A stretch of DNA of 63,772 bases, the filler included, from Nemertoderma westbladi (lineage: Eukaryota; Animalia; Xenacoelomorpha), in NCBI GenBank assembly GCA_032718475.1. It is 3 parts of 3 records of this genome, joined end to end, with 100 filler letters (N's around TTAATTAATTAA, not from the genome) between each part and the next. Parts side by side here need not be neighbours in the genome. Positions count along the whole stretch, not along the records: positions 46,572 to 63,772 come from JAUCBJ010008449.1; 2 more parts are not named here. One strand, 5' to 3'. A model generated the notes under the pieces. It was not told the DNA's origin, made no database searches, and was given only the letters and a program-made list of their open reading frames with translations. Each line of letters starts with the position of its first letter. The first letter of the stretch is position 1. The position numbers and the translations under genes were made by a program. Below, in pieces: positions 51,772-63,179 of this stretch.

Positions 51772-53472
51772 CCCAGTAAAAAATCCGCATTCGTAACGCA
51801 TGGGATGGCGCATATTTCACGCATTCGTAACGCATTCTGAAATGTTACATTGATGAACCATGCGATACGAATGCGAAAACCGAACCAAATACGCATCCTT
51901 TATTCGCATATCGAATGTAATACGAACCTTATCCGAATCCCGCACATTCTACGAATGCGTCCCTAATCTTATACGAATGTTTCCCGCACACGATACGAAT
52001 GCGTCCCGCATGTTATATACGAATGTTTCCCACACTATACGAATGCGTTACGAATGTTTTACGAGTGTTATACGAATGTTTACCGCAGGATTTTTATTTT
52101 TTTATTATTTCGCTACAGTTTACATAGTTTTAACAGTTTACAACTGATAAAACGTGTCCATTTTATTTTATTTTTTTGAATATACTTGATATTCCGAATC
52201 GAATATGAAAGCCATTTTCAATTTCCCCAAAAAAATGTTCAGATATAATTCAAGAGCACGCAATTTCAGACGTAAATCGTTATAGTTATTATTATACTTA
52301 TATTAATTATTATTGATGGTTTATTATTTTTTATGATATTTTATTATTATATTATTTTATTATTATATTATATTATTTTATTATTATATATATTTTTATT
52401 ATTATTATATATATATTTTATTACTTATTATCGAAAAAAAGCGAATTAATATTCTAGAATATAGTAAAAAAAACATTGAAATTATGTTGATGCATCTCAT
52501 AAAATGTATGCCTTTGATGTATTTTGTCTGTAAGATTTTTTTACCATTAATATAAGTGTAGGGCATACTGTAGCAGTAACCGGTAATTAACTGCTACAGT
52601 ATATCAGTAGACTTTTTAATGGCTTTTTATAGCGAATTAAAGAAATTCGACCTGGAGGCCTAAGAAACTGTGTGAGAATATCACCATTCACACGTACAAT
52701 TTAATAAAAATGCCACATGCTTTATAATATGTATTGGTAATGTACTGTAGGTCAGATGAGATAAATAATGACAACATAAAACTACTGTAATAACTTTGGG
52801 AAATGAGTACTACTGTACAGGGGCTAAAACTACGGGTGGGAGGTGCCTAGTGCCTACATACTTTATAGTTCGTTAAGTTAGTACTGTAGTTTTATGTTGT
52901 CATTATTTATCTCACCTACCCTACAGTACATAACCTTTACATTATTACAGTATATCAAGCATGTTGGTAAAGGGAACAGGTTTACATACCAAAATAATGG
53001 GGAACCAACGACCAAAATAATAAATGGGAGTTGAGAATTACTGGGCAACCCATTAAATAAATATATAGTAAAAGTACATGGGACTGGCTGACTGGTAACA
53101 AAGGGGGAGAGCTACTAACTAATAACACTATGTTCGATTATTTGCCGAATGGTGATTGGTCAGTATTACAGTCTGTACGGTACTCTAATTGAGAGTGCTT
53201 TGCATGCGTATCGCAAGCGTCACGAATGGACCACGAATAATTTCAAGCGTGGCGTGGCTAAGCATTCGTATCGCATGTGCCACGAATGATGAGCCACGAA
53301 TATATTTACAAGTGAATCTCACATGCGATACGAATACTATACGCATTCGTTAAATTATTCGGACTGACGAACCATTGACGAAGGCTTCACGAATCTTAAA
53401 TAACATTGCACGCACCTTTTACGAATGCTGCATGTGGTACGAATGCGTTACGCATGGGGATTTTTTACTGGG
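51772..53472. mobile_element. CMC/EnSpm-type MITE (1.7 kb)
   Basis: 30-bp TIR CCCAGTAAAAAATCC(G/C)CAT(T/G)CGTAACGCAT, TSD TT, ACGAATG subterminal repeats. Confidence 0.92.
52745..52926. mobile_element. Small Tc1/pogo-like MITE nested in the CMC MITE
   Basis: ~40-bp inverted ends (CTGTAGG...TGAGATAAATAATGACAACATAAAACTAC) flanked by TA on both sides. Confidence 0.7.
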
Positions 53473-54153
53473 TTAGCTTCACTGCGACATGAGATAGAAG
53501 TAAGACTGAATGATGTTGAGGTTGCACAGGGAGAAGTCCAAACTAAACTTGATACTATAGAAACTGCCCCATCTGCTCCACTAATAAATGAGGAGGATGG
53601 TGGTTCCTGGGTCGAGGTAGTAAAAAAGAACTCAAGAAAACTCAAGGACATGCACGAAACAATCGAGCAGAAATATGCTGCCAAACCAGTTGTTGACTCA
53701 GCGAGTATTGAGAAAATAATTAGACTTAATGATCAACGTAAATACAATATTGTTATCCGCCACCTACCTGGCGACAATGGTAATAATTCCACATATAAAC
53801 AACGAGATGTGGACAACAAACTTCTCTTGGAATATTTGGAGGAGAAACTACCATACAAGGCAATTTATCGTTTAGGCAAACCGCGAAACGATGGATCAAA
53901 CCGCCCGCTGCTCCTCTCATTCGACACATGTGCTATGGTACATCAAATTCTATCCCGCAAATCATTCCTAGCTGGCAATATACGATACTACTTCGATAGA
54001 GATATGTCCAAATTCGAACGTGAGGCTGAATACAAGTTGAGACTGAAACGACGTAGCCAACGACAGGAGGCCAATCGAATTCCTGAACCCGCTCAGGATG
54101 AAGCCCAGCGCATCGATTGACTACTACCCCCTAATAATCAACTGTCTGCTCCA

Positions 54154-57030
54154 ATGAGGCACAACAATAACTTATTAAAGGCTGTATATACGAATGCTGA
54201 TAATTTAGCTAACAAACTTGGCGAATTAGAGTCTGCTACTGCATTCATGTTACCCGACATAATTGCTGTGACCGAGGTGCTCCCCAAGTTCTCTACTTTA
54301 GATATTGACGACGCATGTTATAAACTCGGGAACTATGAAAAATTATACTCGAACTTAAATGACACATCTTGTTCGAGAGGTATCATAATCTATGTAAAAC
54401 AGACAGTATCATGTAACGAATACACTCCAACTCTATTATCAACAAACAATGAAATTGAAGAAAGAAATGGTCTGGAGTCAGTATGTATTACAATCAAAGG
54501 GTCACCGGTGCCACTAATTTTATGTTGTATATACCGCAGCCCAAGTTACGACAACTTTGACAGTTTAAGAAACTTTTTAAATAAATTGTGTACAGCAAAT
54601 AAAAAAAACGAATTGGTTATAATTGGGGACTTCAACATGCCTGACACCGAATGGGGATTGTTATCATCGGCTCACCCTGGTGAAAACATTATTCTATCTT
54701 GCATACAGGACAACTTTCTAACTCAATTGGTGGACAAACCTACACGTTATCGACATGGACAAATGCCACGGATCTTGGACCTAATATTAACTAACGACGA
54801 TAACTCTGTTGACCCACCATACTATCATCCAGCATTGGGTGCCAGCGACCATATTGTATTGGAGTTCGTAATAAGACTGAGTTCATTCGAACCTAAAATA
54901 ATAAAGAAATCCCACCCAATTTTCTCCAAAGCAAACTTCCCGGCTATTTCGGCCGATCTAACAGCTGAAAACTTATCCACAATTCAAGATGAGTCTGACG
55001 CTCAATCAGCTTGGAATACTCTCTACAGCAAGCTACTTGACTCGTGTAACAAACACATACCTCAGTCAACCCATAAGAAAAAACAATACAAACAACCAAA
55101 GTGGATTAATTCTGGGATTAGACGTCAGATTAAGGAAAAGAGGAAGTTATGGGACACCTACAAACATAGCCAAACAACCACCAACTACGACAACTACAAA
55201 CGGTCTAGAAACAGATGCTGTATATCCGTTCGTCTAGCACAATTTGAGTATGAAAAAACAACAGCCTCGAATGCCATGACGAATCCTAAAGAATTTTGGA
55301 AATATATTCACGCAAAGCGAGTAATAAAACCTGCTGTATTTGATCTGATTGACCCAAATGGAGAACTGGTTACTGACAACAAAGGTAAAGCTACAGTCTT
55401 TAATAATCATTACCATTCTATGTCGACAATAGAAAGCCATGATATCCCTACAGTACAATATACACCGACATATAAAACTGAACTAAACACTGTTGTTTTT
55501 AATCCAACCATTGTCTCAGAGGCCATAGATAAAATAAAGTCAACGAGTGCTCCTGGACCCGATGGCATTTACCCAATCATGCTTAAGGAACTATCTTCTA
55601 ACCTTGCTCAACCATTATCAAACATATTTCAACAATCAATGGACACATCTACCGTTCCTTCACAATGGAAGTTGGCAAACATATCTCCTATATTTAAACG
55701 GGGCAAGAAAACTGATCCCGACAACTACAGAAGGATCAGTTTAACATCGGTAGTATCCAAACTAATGGAAAGGATTATTGTTGATACCATGTGGGCTCAC
55801 TGTATAGAGAATATGATAATATCTAAACAACAGTTTGGATTTCAGAAGGGCCGTTCCTGTACACTCCAACTCCTTGATGTCCTCTATAACTGGTCACTGG
55901 CCATCGATAATCGGCAATGTATTGATGTAGTTTACCTGGATTTCTCCAAGGCATTCGACGCTGTTCCTCACAAACGTCTACTCCTTAAACTCAAATCAAT
56001 AGGGATAAGTGGAAACTTGTTAGGATGGATTGAAAACTTTTTATGTGATAGATACCAACGCGTTGTTGTTGAAGGCGAACAATCTGATTGGTTACCTGTG
56101 GTCAGTGGAGTACCCCAAGGGGCAGTTGCTTCAGTTATTTTCTTCCTTGGCTTCGTAAATGATATACCGTCTCTTATAAAATTTCTTTTATACCTATTTG
56201 CCGACGATATTAAAGACAGTGTCATGTTCAACCCCCATCCCACACTACAGATCGGCCCACTACAATCTGACCTAGATATATTATACTCGTGGAGTGTAGC
56301 TTGGCAACTTTGTTTCAACATTAAAAAATGCAAAATAATGCATATTGGCCATAATAACCCCGAGTTCCCTTACCATCTCGGCGAATCAGTGCTATCTGTG
56401 TCAGGGTGGGAGAAAGACTTGGGGGTGACCTTCCAAAACACCCTCACATTCGGGAAACACATTGCCACCATCGCAAAGAAAGCCAATGGAATAACTGGCC
56501 TTATTGCTCGAACCTTTAAACATCTGGACAGTGTCACGCTAGTCAACTTATTCAAAGCCCTCGTGAGACCAATTCTAGAATATGCATCCCCAGTATGGTC
56601 GCCACACCGTGTAAATGAAATACGACTTTTGGAATCTGTCCAACGTCGGGTGACCAGACTATTTCCTAATCTCCGTAACTTAGCCTATCCGGAAAGATTA
56701 AAGCGACTAGGTCTCCCGACCCTTGAGTATCGCCGTTATCGCGCCGACCTGATCCAGGTGTACCGTTACCTTGCGGGTATCGACAACGCTGACTGCAGCA
56801 TGTTCGAACTTTCCACGACTGGTCTACGCGGCCACTCATTCAAGCTCCAGAAACCCCGTGCTCGGCTGCTGCAGAGAAACACGACATTCCACTTCCGAGT
56901 CATCGATCCCTGGAACTCGCTATCCAATGCCGTTGTAACCGCCCCCAACCTTAACTCTTTTAAAACCCGTTTGAACTCCCACTTTAAAGATTTCCCGCTT
57001 AAATTTACCCCATCATGGTGGTCCATGTAA
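54154..57030 (+). CDS. CR1-clade LINE ORF2 (APE endonuclease + RT), uninterrupted 958 aa
   Basis: IIAVTE, IYRSP, IGDFN, LDLILTN, SDH; YLDFSKAFD, GVPQG, LFADD, EKDLGV, RPILEYASPVWSP, RGHSFKL. Confidence 0.96.
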   Translation: MRHNNNLLKAVYTNADNLANKLGELESATAFMLPDIIAVTEVLPKFSTLDIDDACYKLGNYEKLYSNLNDTSCSRGIIIYVKQTVSCNEYTPTLLSTNNEIEERNGLESVCITIKGSPVPLILCCIYRSPSYDNFDSLRNFLNKLCTANKKNELVIIGDFNMPDTEWGLLSSAHPGENIILSCIQDNFLTQLVDKPTRYRHGQMPRILDLILTNDDNSVDPPYYHPALGASDHIVLEFVIRLSSFEPKIIKKSHPIFSKANFPAISADLTAENLSTIQDESDAQSAWNTLYSKLLDSCNKHIPQSTHKKKQYKQPKWINSGIRRQIKEKRKLWDTYKHSQTTTNYDNYKRSRNRCCISVRLAQFEYEKTTASNAMTNPKEFWKYIHAKRVIKPAVFDLIDPNGELVTDNKGKATVFNNHYHSMSTIESHDIPTVQYTPTYKTELNTVVFNPTIVSEAIDKIKSTSAPGPDGIYPIMLKELSSNLAQPLSNIFQQSMDTSTVPSQWKLANISPIFKRGKKTDPDNYRRISLTSVVSKLMERIIVDTMWAHCIENMIISKQQFGFQKGRSCTLQLLDVLYNWSLAIDNRQCIDVVYLDFSKAFDAVPHKRLLLKLKSIGISGNLLGWIENFLCDRYQRVVVEGEQSDWLPVVSGVPQGAVASVIFFLGFVNDIPSLIKFLLYLFADDIKDSVMFNPHPTLQIGPLQSDLDILYSWSVAWQLCFNIKKCKIMHIGHNNPEFPYHLGESVLSVSGWEKDLGVTFQNTLTFGKHIATIAKKANGITGLIARTFKHLDSVTLVNLFKALVRPILEYASPVWSPHRVNEIRLLESVQRRVTRLFPNLRNLAYPERLKRLGLPTLEYRRYRADLIQVYRYLAGIDNADCSMFELSTTGLRGHSFKLQKPRARLLQRNTTFHFRVIDPWNSLSNAVVTAPNLNSFKTRLNSHFKDFPLKFTPSWWSM

Positions 57031-57794
57031 AAGTAAAATATCTTCCATAGTAACTCTTAACTTTTTACTCTTTTTGCTTACTAACTTTTAATATATTTCT
57101 CACCTTAATTAAAACTTTTATCACCACTTTTTGACTTTTAAACTTTTTCTAACCTTAATTAAAACTTTAGATTACCACTTTTTAACTTTTTAACTAACTT
57201 TTTCTTACCTCTATTAAAACTTTTTTATCACCATTTAATTATACACACACATTAGACCCCGTTAATATTTAATATCTCAATAACTAATTGACAAACTGCA
57301 TTTATCTACTTTGATCCTATATAATCGACGTTTTTAACTATGTACATTTAATAGTTTTTACTCGCGGCTTTACTGTTCTTTCTTAATTTAATTTTTAACT
57401 TTCTTTTAATTTTAACCAAATAATTAAATATAAGTTTTAAAAATGCAACCTATAATTAAATCAAGTTTTTAAATATATAAATTTGTTCGTCCTTTTTGTG
57501 TAAACCATAATTTTATTTCACGTTCGACTTTGTGTAATTTAAGATATTTTTAAGCCCTACGCTCCACAGCCATAATTTACATTACTTTTCACATATTTTT
57601 TTTAAGTATGATTTTATGCTACATACTTTCGTTTACATACCCTCTTATCAACATTAATTAGTGCTAGGTAGTAGTAGGTAAGGTACTTAGTTTGTTTCAG
57701 TTTAAATATTTTGACAGTAGTTTTATATTATGTCTGCACAGGTGCAATAAGCTTCTGCTTCCTCCGCCTCATTATTAAACATTAAACATTAAAC
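57031..57794 (+). mobile_element. CR1 3' UTR and tail
   Basis: AAGC-TTCT-GCTT stem-loop then (ATTAAAC)3 at 57774-57794. Confidence 0.8.
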
Positions 57795-58832
57795 AGAACC
57801 TTAAAATAAAAAACAAGTAGAAAATGTGCAATATTAGATTAAAATGGAGGGATAGCCTTATGAGGTTTCACCTCGTTTCCTTGCCTGTTGTTTCGACCAA
57901 CCAGCGCCAGGAAGACAGAGCCCAATCTAAACTGTCGTCGTCATCGAATTACTGGCACTGCACTGCCTGCCTGCATTACATACAGACATATTACTGTATT
58001 CTGGTATTACAATACAATTAGGCTAGGCTGCTAGGCCTATATACTGATATAATGTACATAAATAATATATAATGTAGCCTATATGACATATATTACAGTA
58101 TTATGTATTATATATGTTATGTAGGCCTATATAACATATAATGTATAATATAAAAAGATTTATCAGTTTATATGACAGTCAGGCAGTATGAAGCTTAATT
58201 AAAAATAACTTAAACAGTTAATATAGCAGTATAGGCATACGGCAGTAAACAAACATATGGCAGTATGGTCAACCCTATTGCAGCACTTAAACCAGTAAAC
58301 AGCTGGCCTACACACTGCCTACCTGCAGCACTACTGTCAAGCTCTCAGAATGTGGCTGAGTGGGTGCTGGTAGGCTGGGGCAGGCAGTGGAGTGTCTACT
58401 GACTGACTGATGTACTGCAGTACTGCATGCACTGCTGCATGATTTATAGGCCTATAAACGAATTTGGCGGTAAATTTTAGGCGGTTTATTCAAACAGCCT
58501 TAAGACATATTGGCAATGATGTGCAGGACGTTTGTTCAACACGACAAAGTAGCATTTAACAAACAGCTGGAATAAACATGTATGATTTATGTTACACAAT
58601 AACGTGTAAAACAAATGTTAAATAATTACATGATAAAACATGTTACATTTAGGTATCATAAAAACGTGATCAACAAATGTTTGATTATAACATGATTGGA
58701 TATTATGTTATTTAGATGTTAAAATAACATGTTGATTAAAACAAGTTTAGAAAAAAAAACATGTCAACATGATTCAAGCATATAAACAAACGTTTGGTAT
58801 AATAGCGTGTAGCGTGTCTGGTTAGCAGGGAG

Positions 58833-59274
58833 TGTAAGACTAAAAAACAGTAAAGCACAAAATACTTCCAAGCCGTTCTTTCTTTGGCTCAGGACTGAAT
58901 GTAAACACTGCACATAGGCATTGCGTCATTTCTCGGAAATTTTCTGTACAAGGAGCCACAAAAACGCTCTAATTGGCTGACTGAACTGAGAGACACCGTA
59001 GAACAAAGGAAATCAACACGTATGAATGTCAGCTGTTAACCGTAGTCATAGTAACTACTGTTCAAGAGTAGCTATCACCCTTTTGCGTCACGAATTGCCA
59101 TAGAATCATAAAATATGCCTTTCACAGTACACATACGGAGGAAATAGGTCTTAGATCCTCTAAAAACACCGATACAGCAATAATACGGTCTCTTACACTT
59201 ATTAAATCAACTACAGAGTATTTTAGTGTAAAAGATAATAAAAATAACGGGGCAATTCAGCAAAGGCTTTTACA
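58833..59274 (-). mobile_element. Fourth LTR, right piece (LTR 5' end)
   Basis: Collinear with 17920-18332; minus strand starts TGTAAAAGCC at 59274 with no PPT. Confidence 0.85.
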
Positions 59275-59986
59275 CATTGATATGCCCCGTGTTTGTCTTT
59301 GGAGACTGTAGTAGACTTACTGTACTACTATAACTATAATACAGTATAATATGTTATCTTCTCCCTATTTTTGAAAATATTTATATATTATATAAACAGA
59401 TGAATTTGTGTTACTCCGATGAACTCCGTTTTATTACCATTGCATTCACAATCTCAGAAAACCTACAGTATAAATCACAGGAAGATAGATCATACATTGA
59501 ATATACTAACAAAAATAAATTTTGAAAATTTCGTGCTGCGGAAGCACACACTTTTGGTGCACGCACGAAAATTGGGAATTGCGTTACTCCTATGAACTTC
59601 ATTTCAAATCCATTGAATTCGCGATCACAGAAATCCTATAAATTATCGATAAATTATATTAATCGATCGGAAACAAAGCGTTTTTATTAGTACAAGGGAG
59701 CGTAGACCCCAGAATTTACAATAACATTCATTATAAAAATCCAATGGCCGTGTGGGTACCCCAAACTGCCAAACCAAACTGCATATTCCCTTCAGTAGTT
59801 TATAGCTAGGCCTACTGCTGTACTGCTGTACTGTACTGGAGGCCTATTGCAGTATTGTACTGTTGTACAGAGACATACAGCATACTGGCATAAGACACTA
59901 AGTGCTCAAGAATAATTATTATCTGAGTATTATTAATTCAAAGATTTTGAATTATTTGTTGATACTTATTAGTTGAAATCAGTGAA

Positions 59987-61396
59987 ATGGATGACAAACA
60001 AGAACAAAGGAACATTCGACGACGAGGTTTACACGGCCGATCAATGTCTCTCGCAGTGGCGGAAGCTCTCAAAGAAGAGATAGCAAGAGAGAAAGTCGAC
60101 CTGTATGAGAAACCCTACCATAGGGTGTGCGACTCCCTACTCAGCAGTAACAGTGGCTACGAGAATTACAGAGGTCTGTTAAATCTAGCAATGATACTCT
60201 TATTTCTAGCCAACTTCCGTGTCGCTCTAGAAAACCTCATCAAATACGGGATTCTAGTTGATCCTCTCGCTATTATTACTGTGTCGCTAAACGATCCATA
60301 CAGATGGCCATCTCTGCTGCTCATTTTGTCCCTTAATTTATTTATTCTAATAACATTTTACGTAGAATTATGTTTAGCTAGGAATTACATATCTCCTTTA
60401 GTTGCTCGTGTGGTTTACGTAGCGAACATGTTCGCGGTGTTAGCCTACCCTTGCGCGGTAGTTCTCTGGCTACACCCCAACCCCATTGGCTCTGCCGTCG
60501 CTCTTTTCACCTCCTGTGTCGTTTTCCTTAAACTTATCTCCTACCATGAGACCAACCGCTGGGAGCGGGATGTTCTCGCGATTAAATCACGTCGTCGACA
60601 TCACGCTCGCCGCCCTTCCGATAGTGGCGACCCCGCCCCCGCTACCCCCAACCCATACAGGCCGACAAAGTACCCAGACAACATCGCTTTACACGACCTC
60701 TACTACTTTATGTCAGCACCAACTCTCTGCTACGAATTAAACTTCCCGCGCACCCCACAGATCCGCAAACCCTTTCTAGCTCGTCGATTCTTAGAGATCC
60801 TGTTTCTTTCCGGGCTGGTTATCTCCCTCATCCAGCAGTGGCTCGTTCCAACAGTTAAGAACTCAGTACAACCTTTTAATAACATGGAACTTTCTAGAAT
60901 GTTGGAACGAATATTCAAACTTGCAATTCCAAACATCCTTATCTGGTTGATTTGGTTCTATCTATTCTTTCATTCTTATCTCAACGTAGTTGCAGAGATC
61001 CTAAGATTCGGCGATCGCGAGTTCTACAATGATTGGTGGAACGCCGAATCTATTCCGGCCTTCTGGTCCAACTGGAACATCCCGGTCCATAAATGGTGTC
61101 GTCGACATATATACAAACCGTTGCTGGTTCGAGGTTACGATAAAGCTCTCGCAACCGTGGTGGTATTCTTCCTCAGCGCGTTTTTCCACGAGTATTTGGT
61201 TTCGGTTCCGTTGAAGATGTTCCGTATGTGGGCGTTCGTCGGGATGATGGCCCAGATTCCTCTGAGCTACGCGGTCGCGAGGTTTCTGAGCGGCAACTAC
61301 GCCAACGCCGCGATGTGGTTGTCCTTAATTATCGGACAGCCGGTGGCCATTATTATGTATGTCCACGATTATATAATTATAAACAACACTCAGTAG
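59987..61396 (+). CDS. DGAT1: Diacylglycerol O-acyltransferase 1 (MBOAT family), single uninterrupted ORF, 469 aa
   Basis: DSLLSSNSGYENYRGLLN, LENLIKYGILVDP, APTLCYELNFPRT, FGDREFYNDWWN, WNIPVHKW, SAFFHEYLVSVPL (catalytic His), IIGQP..MYVHDY. Confidence 0.95.
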   Translation: MDDKQEQRNIRRRGLHGRSMSLAVAEALKEEIAREKVDLYEKPYHRVCDSLLSSNSGYENYRGLLNLAMILLFLANFRVALENLIKYGILVDPLAIITVSLNDPYRWPSLLLILSLNLFILITFYVELCLARNYISPLVARVVYVANMFAVLAYPCAVVLWLHPNPIGSAVALFTSCVVFLKLISYHETNRWERDVLAIKSRRRHHARRPSDSGDPAPATPNPYRPTKYPDNIALHDLYYFMSAPTLCYELNFPRTPQIRKPFLARRFLEILFLSGLVISLIQQWLVPTVKNSVQPFNNMELSRMLERIFKLAIPNILIWLIWFYLFFHSYLNVVAEILRFGDREFYNDWWNAESIPAFWSNWNIPVHKWCRRHIYKPLLVRGYDKALATVVVFFLSAFFHEYLVSVPLKMFRMWAFVGMMAQIPLSYAVARFLSGNYANAAMWLSLIIGQPVAIIMYVHDYIIINNTQ

Positions 61397-61884
61397 ATTT
61401 TAACTAATTAATTAGTTCGTTAGTTTGTAGTTACCCATAGAACGCCATAAATTAATTGAATTATGTAAACTAATAATAAGTACAATAAATCATTACAACA
61501 GTAAGTATTTATATATAACGTATTATACACAACATATTATAATACGTATTAGGGAGGTCCCGGATTTTGATTCCGGCCGGAACCGGAATTCAACATGCCC
61601 GAACCAGAATTTTGTATATTTAGTGAAATAGGCCTAGAATAATAATGTACCAAGTATTCACATTTTTCGAAAACCTATAACCTTGTCAAAAAGTAAGATT
61701 GTTAGGCTCGTATACCTAAAAACGTCATTAGGTCCTTTGGTGCAATATCCTAATGTCGCTATAAAGGAAAGGAGCAGGTTACAGTAACATGTTATTCGAA
61801 CCAAAACAATAAATGAGATTTAATATTACATGTTGCAGGTTAATTTTTGCTGGGATTAATTGGCGTCCACCATTATAAGTTTCC

Positions 61885-62390
61885 GATGCTAAACTTCTTC
61901 AGGTGTCTGGAGAGATCTGATTTCCAGATGGTTTCCATACTTGATAGAGCTACCATGCCTTTTCTTTCGTAACTTATATGTATTTTTTGCTACTCTATAT
62001 CCATGACCCAAGGAACTGGAAGTCTATTTGTTGGTATATCGAAGTCTCGTTTCTTTGGAGAAGCTTTAGTTTACCTTTAGTACAAATTGGTGGTGGCTTT
62101 TCCCCTTTCAGCATCCGGTAGCAAACATCCAATAATGGTCTGTTTAGCACTCCTGTTTTCCAAACCTCTGCAAGGATTTCAGCTAATCCACTCGCTCTAT
62201 TATTGGACATGCTTTTATTTCTTCTTTGGAGTTCGGCAGGTGTGAGGAAGTCCTCCGTTTCTATAGCTAGCGACTTGTCATATATTATTTTCCTAGTAGG
62301 GCTGATCTCGATGTTTGGTGGCTGCCCAAGCAAATTGCTGAAGTGATCTTTCCATTTCCCAACACGTTCTTCGGAACTATTAGCTTTTAA
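61885..62390 (-). mobile_element. Deleted/decayed RTE family A fragment
   Basis: LGQPPNIEISPTRK..EVWKTGVLNRPLL matches the 32853-35099 protein and jumps to FQFLGSWI. Confidence 0.85.
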
Positions 62391-63133
62391 GCTAATAGCT
62401 TAAGCTTAAGCCTTTAAGGGGGGGGGGGGGGGGGGGGGGGGGTAGTATCCCAAATTAAACCTCACATTAATTTTTGTGTCTCTAGAACCTAAAATTGGGT
62501 AAAAATTATTTTTGTGTTACTAAACATCGTCTGGGCTGTGTTGTATTAACCAAACCAAATATTTTTTAAATTGTCCACAAAATGACTCCGTAATGGCCAA
62601 AAGTGCCTTTTTGCGCCAAGGGCTATTTCTCCACCAATATTTGTTGAAATTTGTCGAAATTTGGAATATAAGTTCAGAAGAACCCTGTATCCAATTCTTC
62701 GGAACAAATTTTGCAACAAATGCTCTGGAGCCCTTTTAGAACAAAAAGGCCCCCAAAAGGAGTTTCTTTGGGACTTTTTGATATAAAAAGGCTCCAGGGC
62801 ATTTCCAACCAAATTTGTTCAGAAGAAATATGGAGAGAAAGGTATTACCAAGTGTACCAAGGGGGGGGGGGGGGGGGGGGGGGGCTGTACGCAAATCCCA
62901 TCTTGGCGAGTTAATATCCCGCCTCAATGCTAAATTCTCAATTTAGGGAAAGGGGCAGGTTGCAGTGCCACGTTATAAAACAAAGTGTTTTGTAACAAAG
63001 TGTTTTGTAAATTTCCAAAATTTACTCTAATTAATTAAATTGGAGTCGAGATGTTAATGCAACTGTCATTTAATGATGTAATACTGTATAATGGTTTTGT
63101 TCAGAAATGAAAATAATGAGGAAGCACGTCACC

Positions 63134-63179
63134 AGCGCTATACGTACGTTTCGACCTATCAGTACGCATCAGTAGCGCT
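63134..63179 (-). ncRNA. Minimal type I hammerhead ribozyme relic
   Basis: Minus strand AGCGCTA-CTGATGC-GTACTGATAGGTC-GAAAC-GTAC-GTA-TAGCGCT: perfect 7-bp stem I, GAAAC, palindromic stem III loop; core A9 is C and stem II is imperfect. Confidence 0.65.

Larger units (their letters stand above)
51359..54120 (+). pseudogene. CR1-type LINE ORF1 split by an insertion (51359-51771 + 53475-54120 = 352 aa in frame)
   Basis: N-terminal CSSC...LCGFC finger, coiled coil, RKYNIVIRHL..YRLGK..RPLLLSF..YFDRDMSKFERE; removing 51772-53474 restores GTD-L-ASLRHE. Confidence 0.88.
46933..58830. mobile_element. CACTA/EnSpm (CMC)-type non-autonomous DNA transposon, 11.9 kb including nested inserts
   Basis: Termini CCCTGATAAC / GTTAGCAGGG, 2-bp TSD AG, AACGTT/AACATG subterminal repeats at both ends; removing it rejoins the LTR (cctact-ag-tgt, cf. 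17912-17922). Confidence 0.85.
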
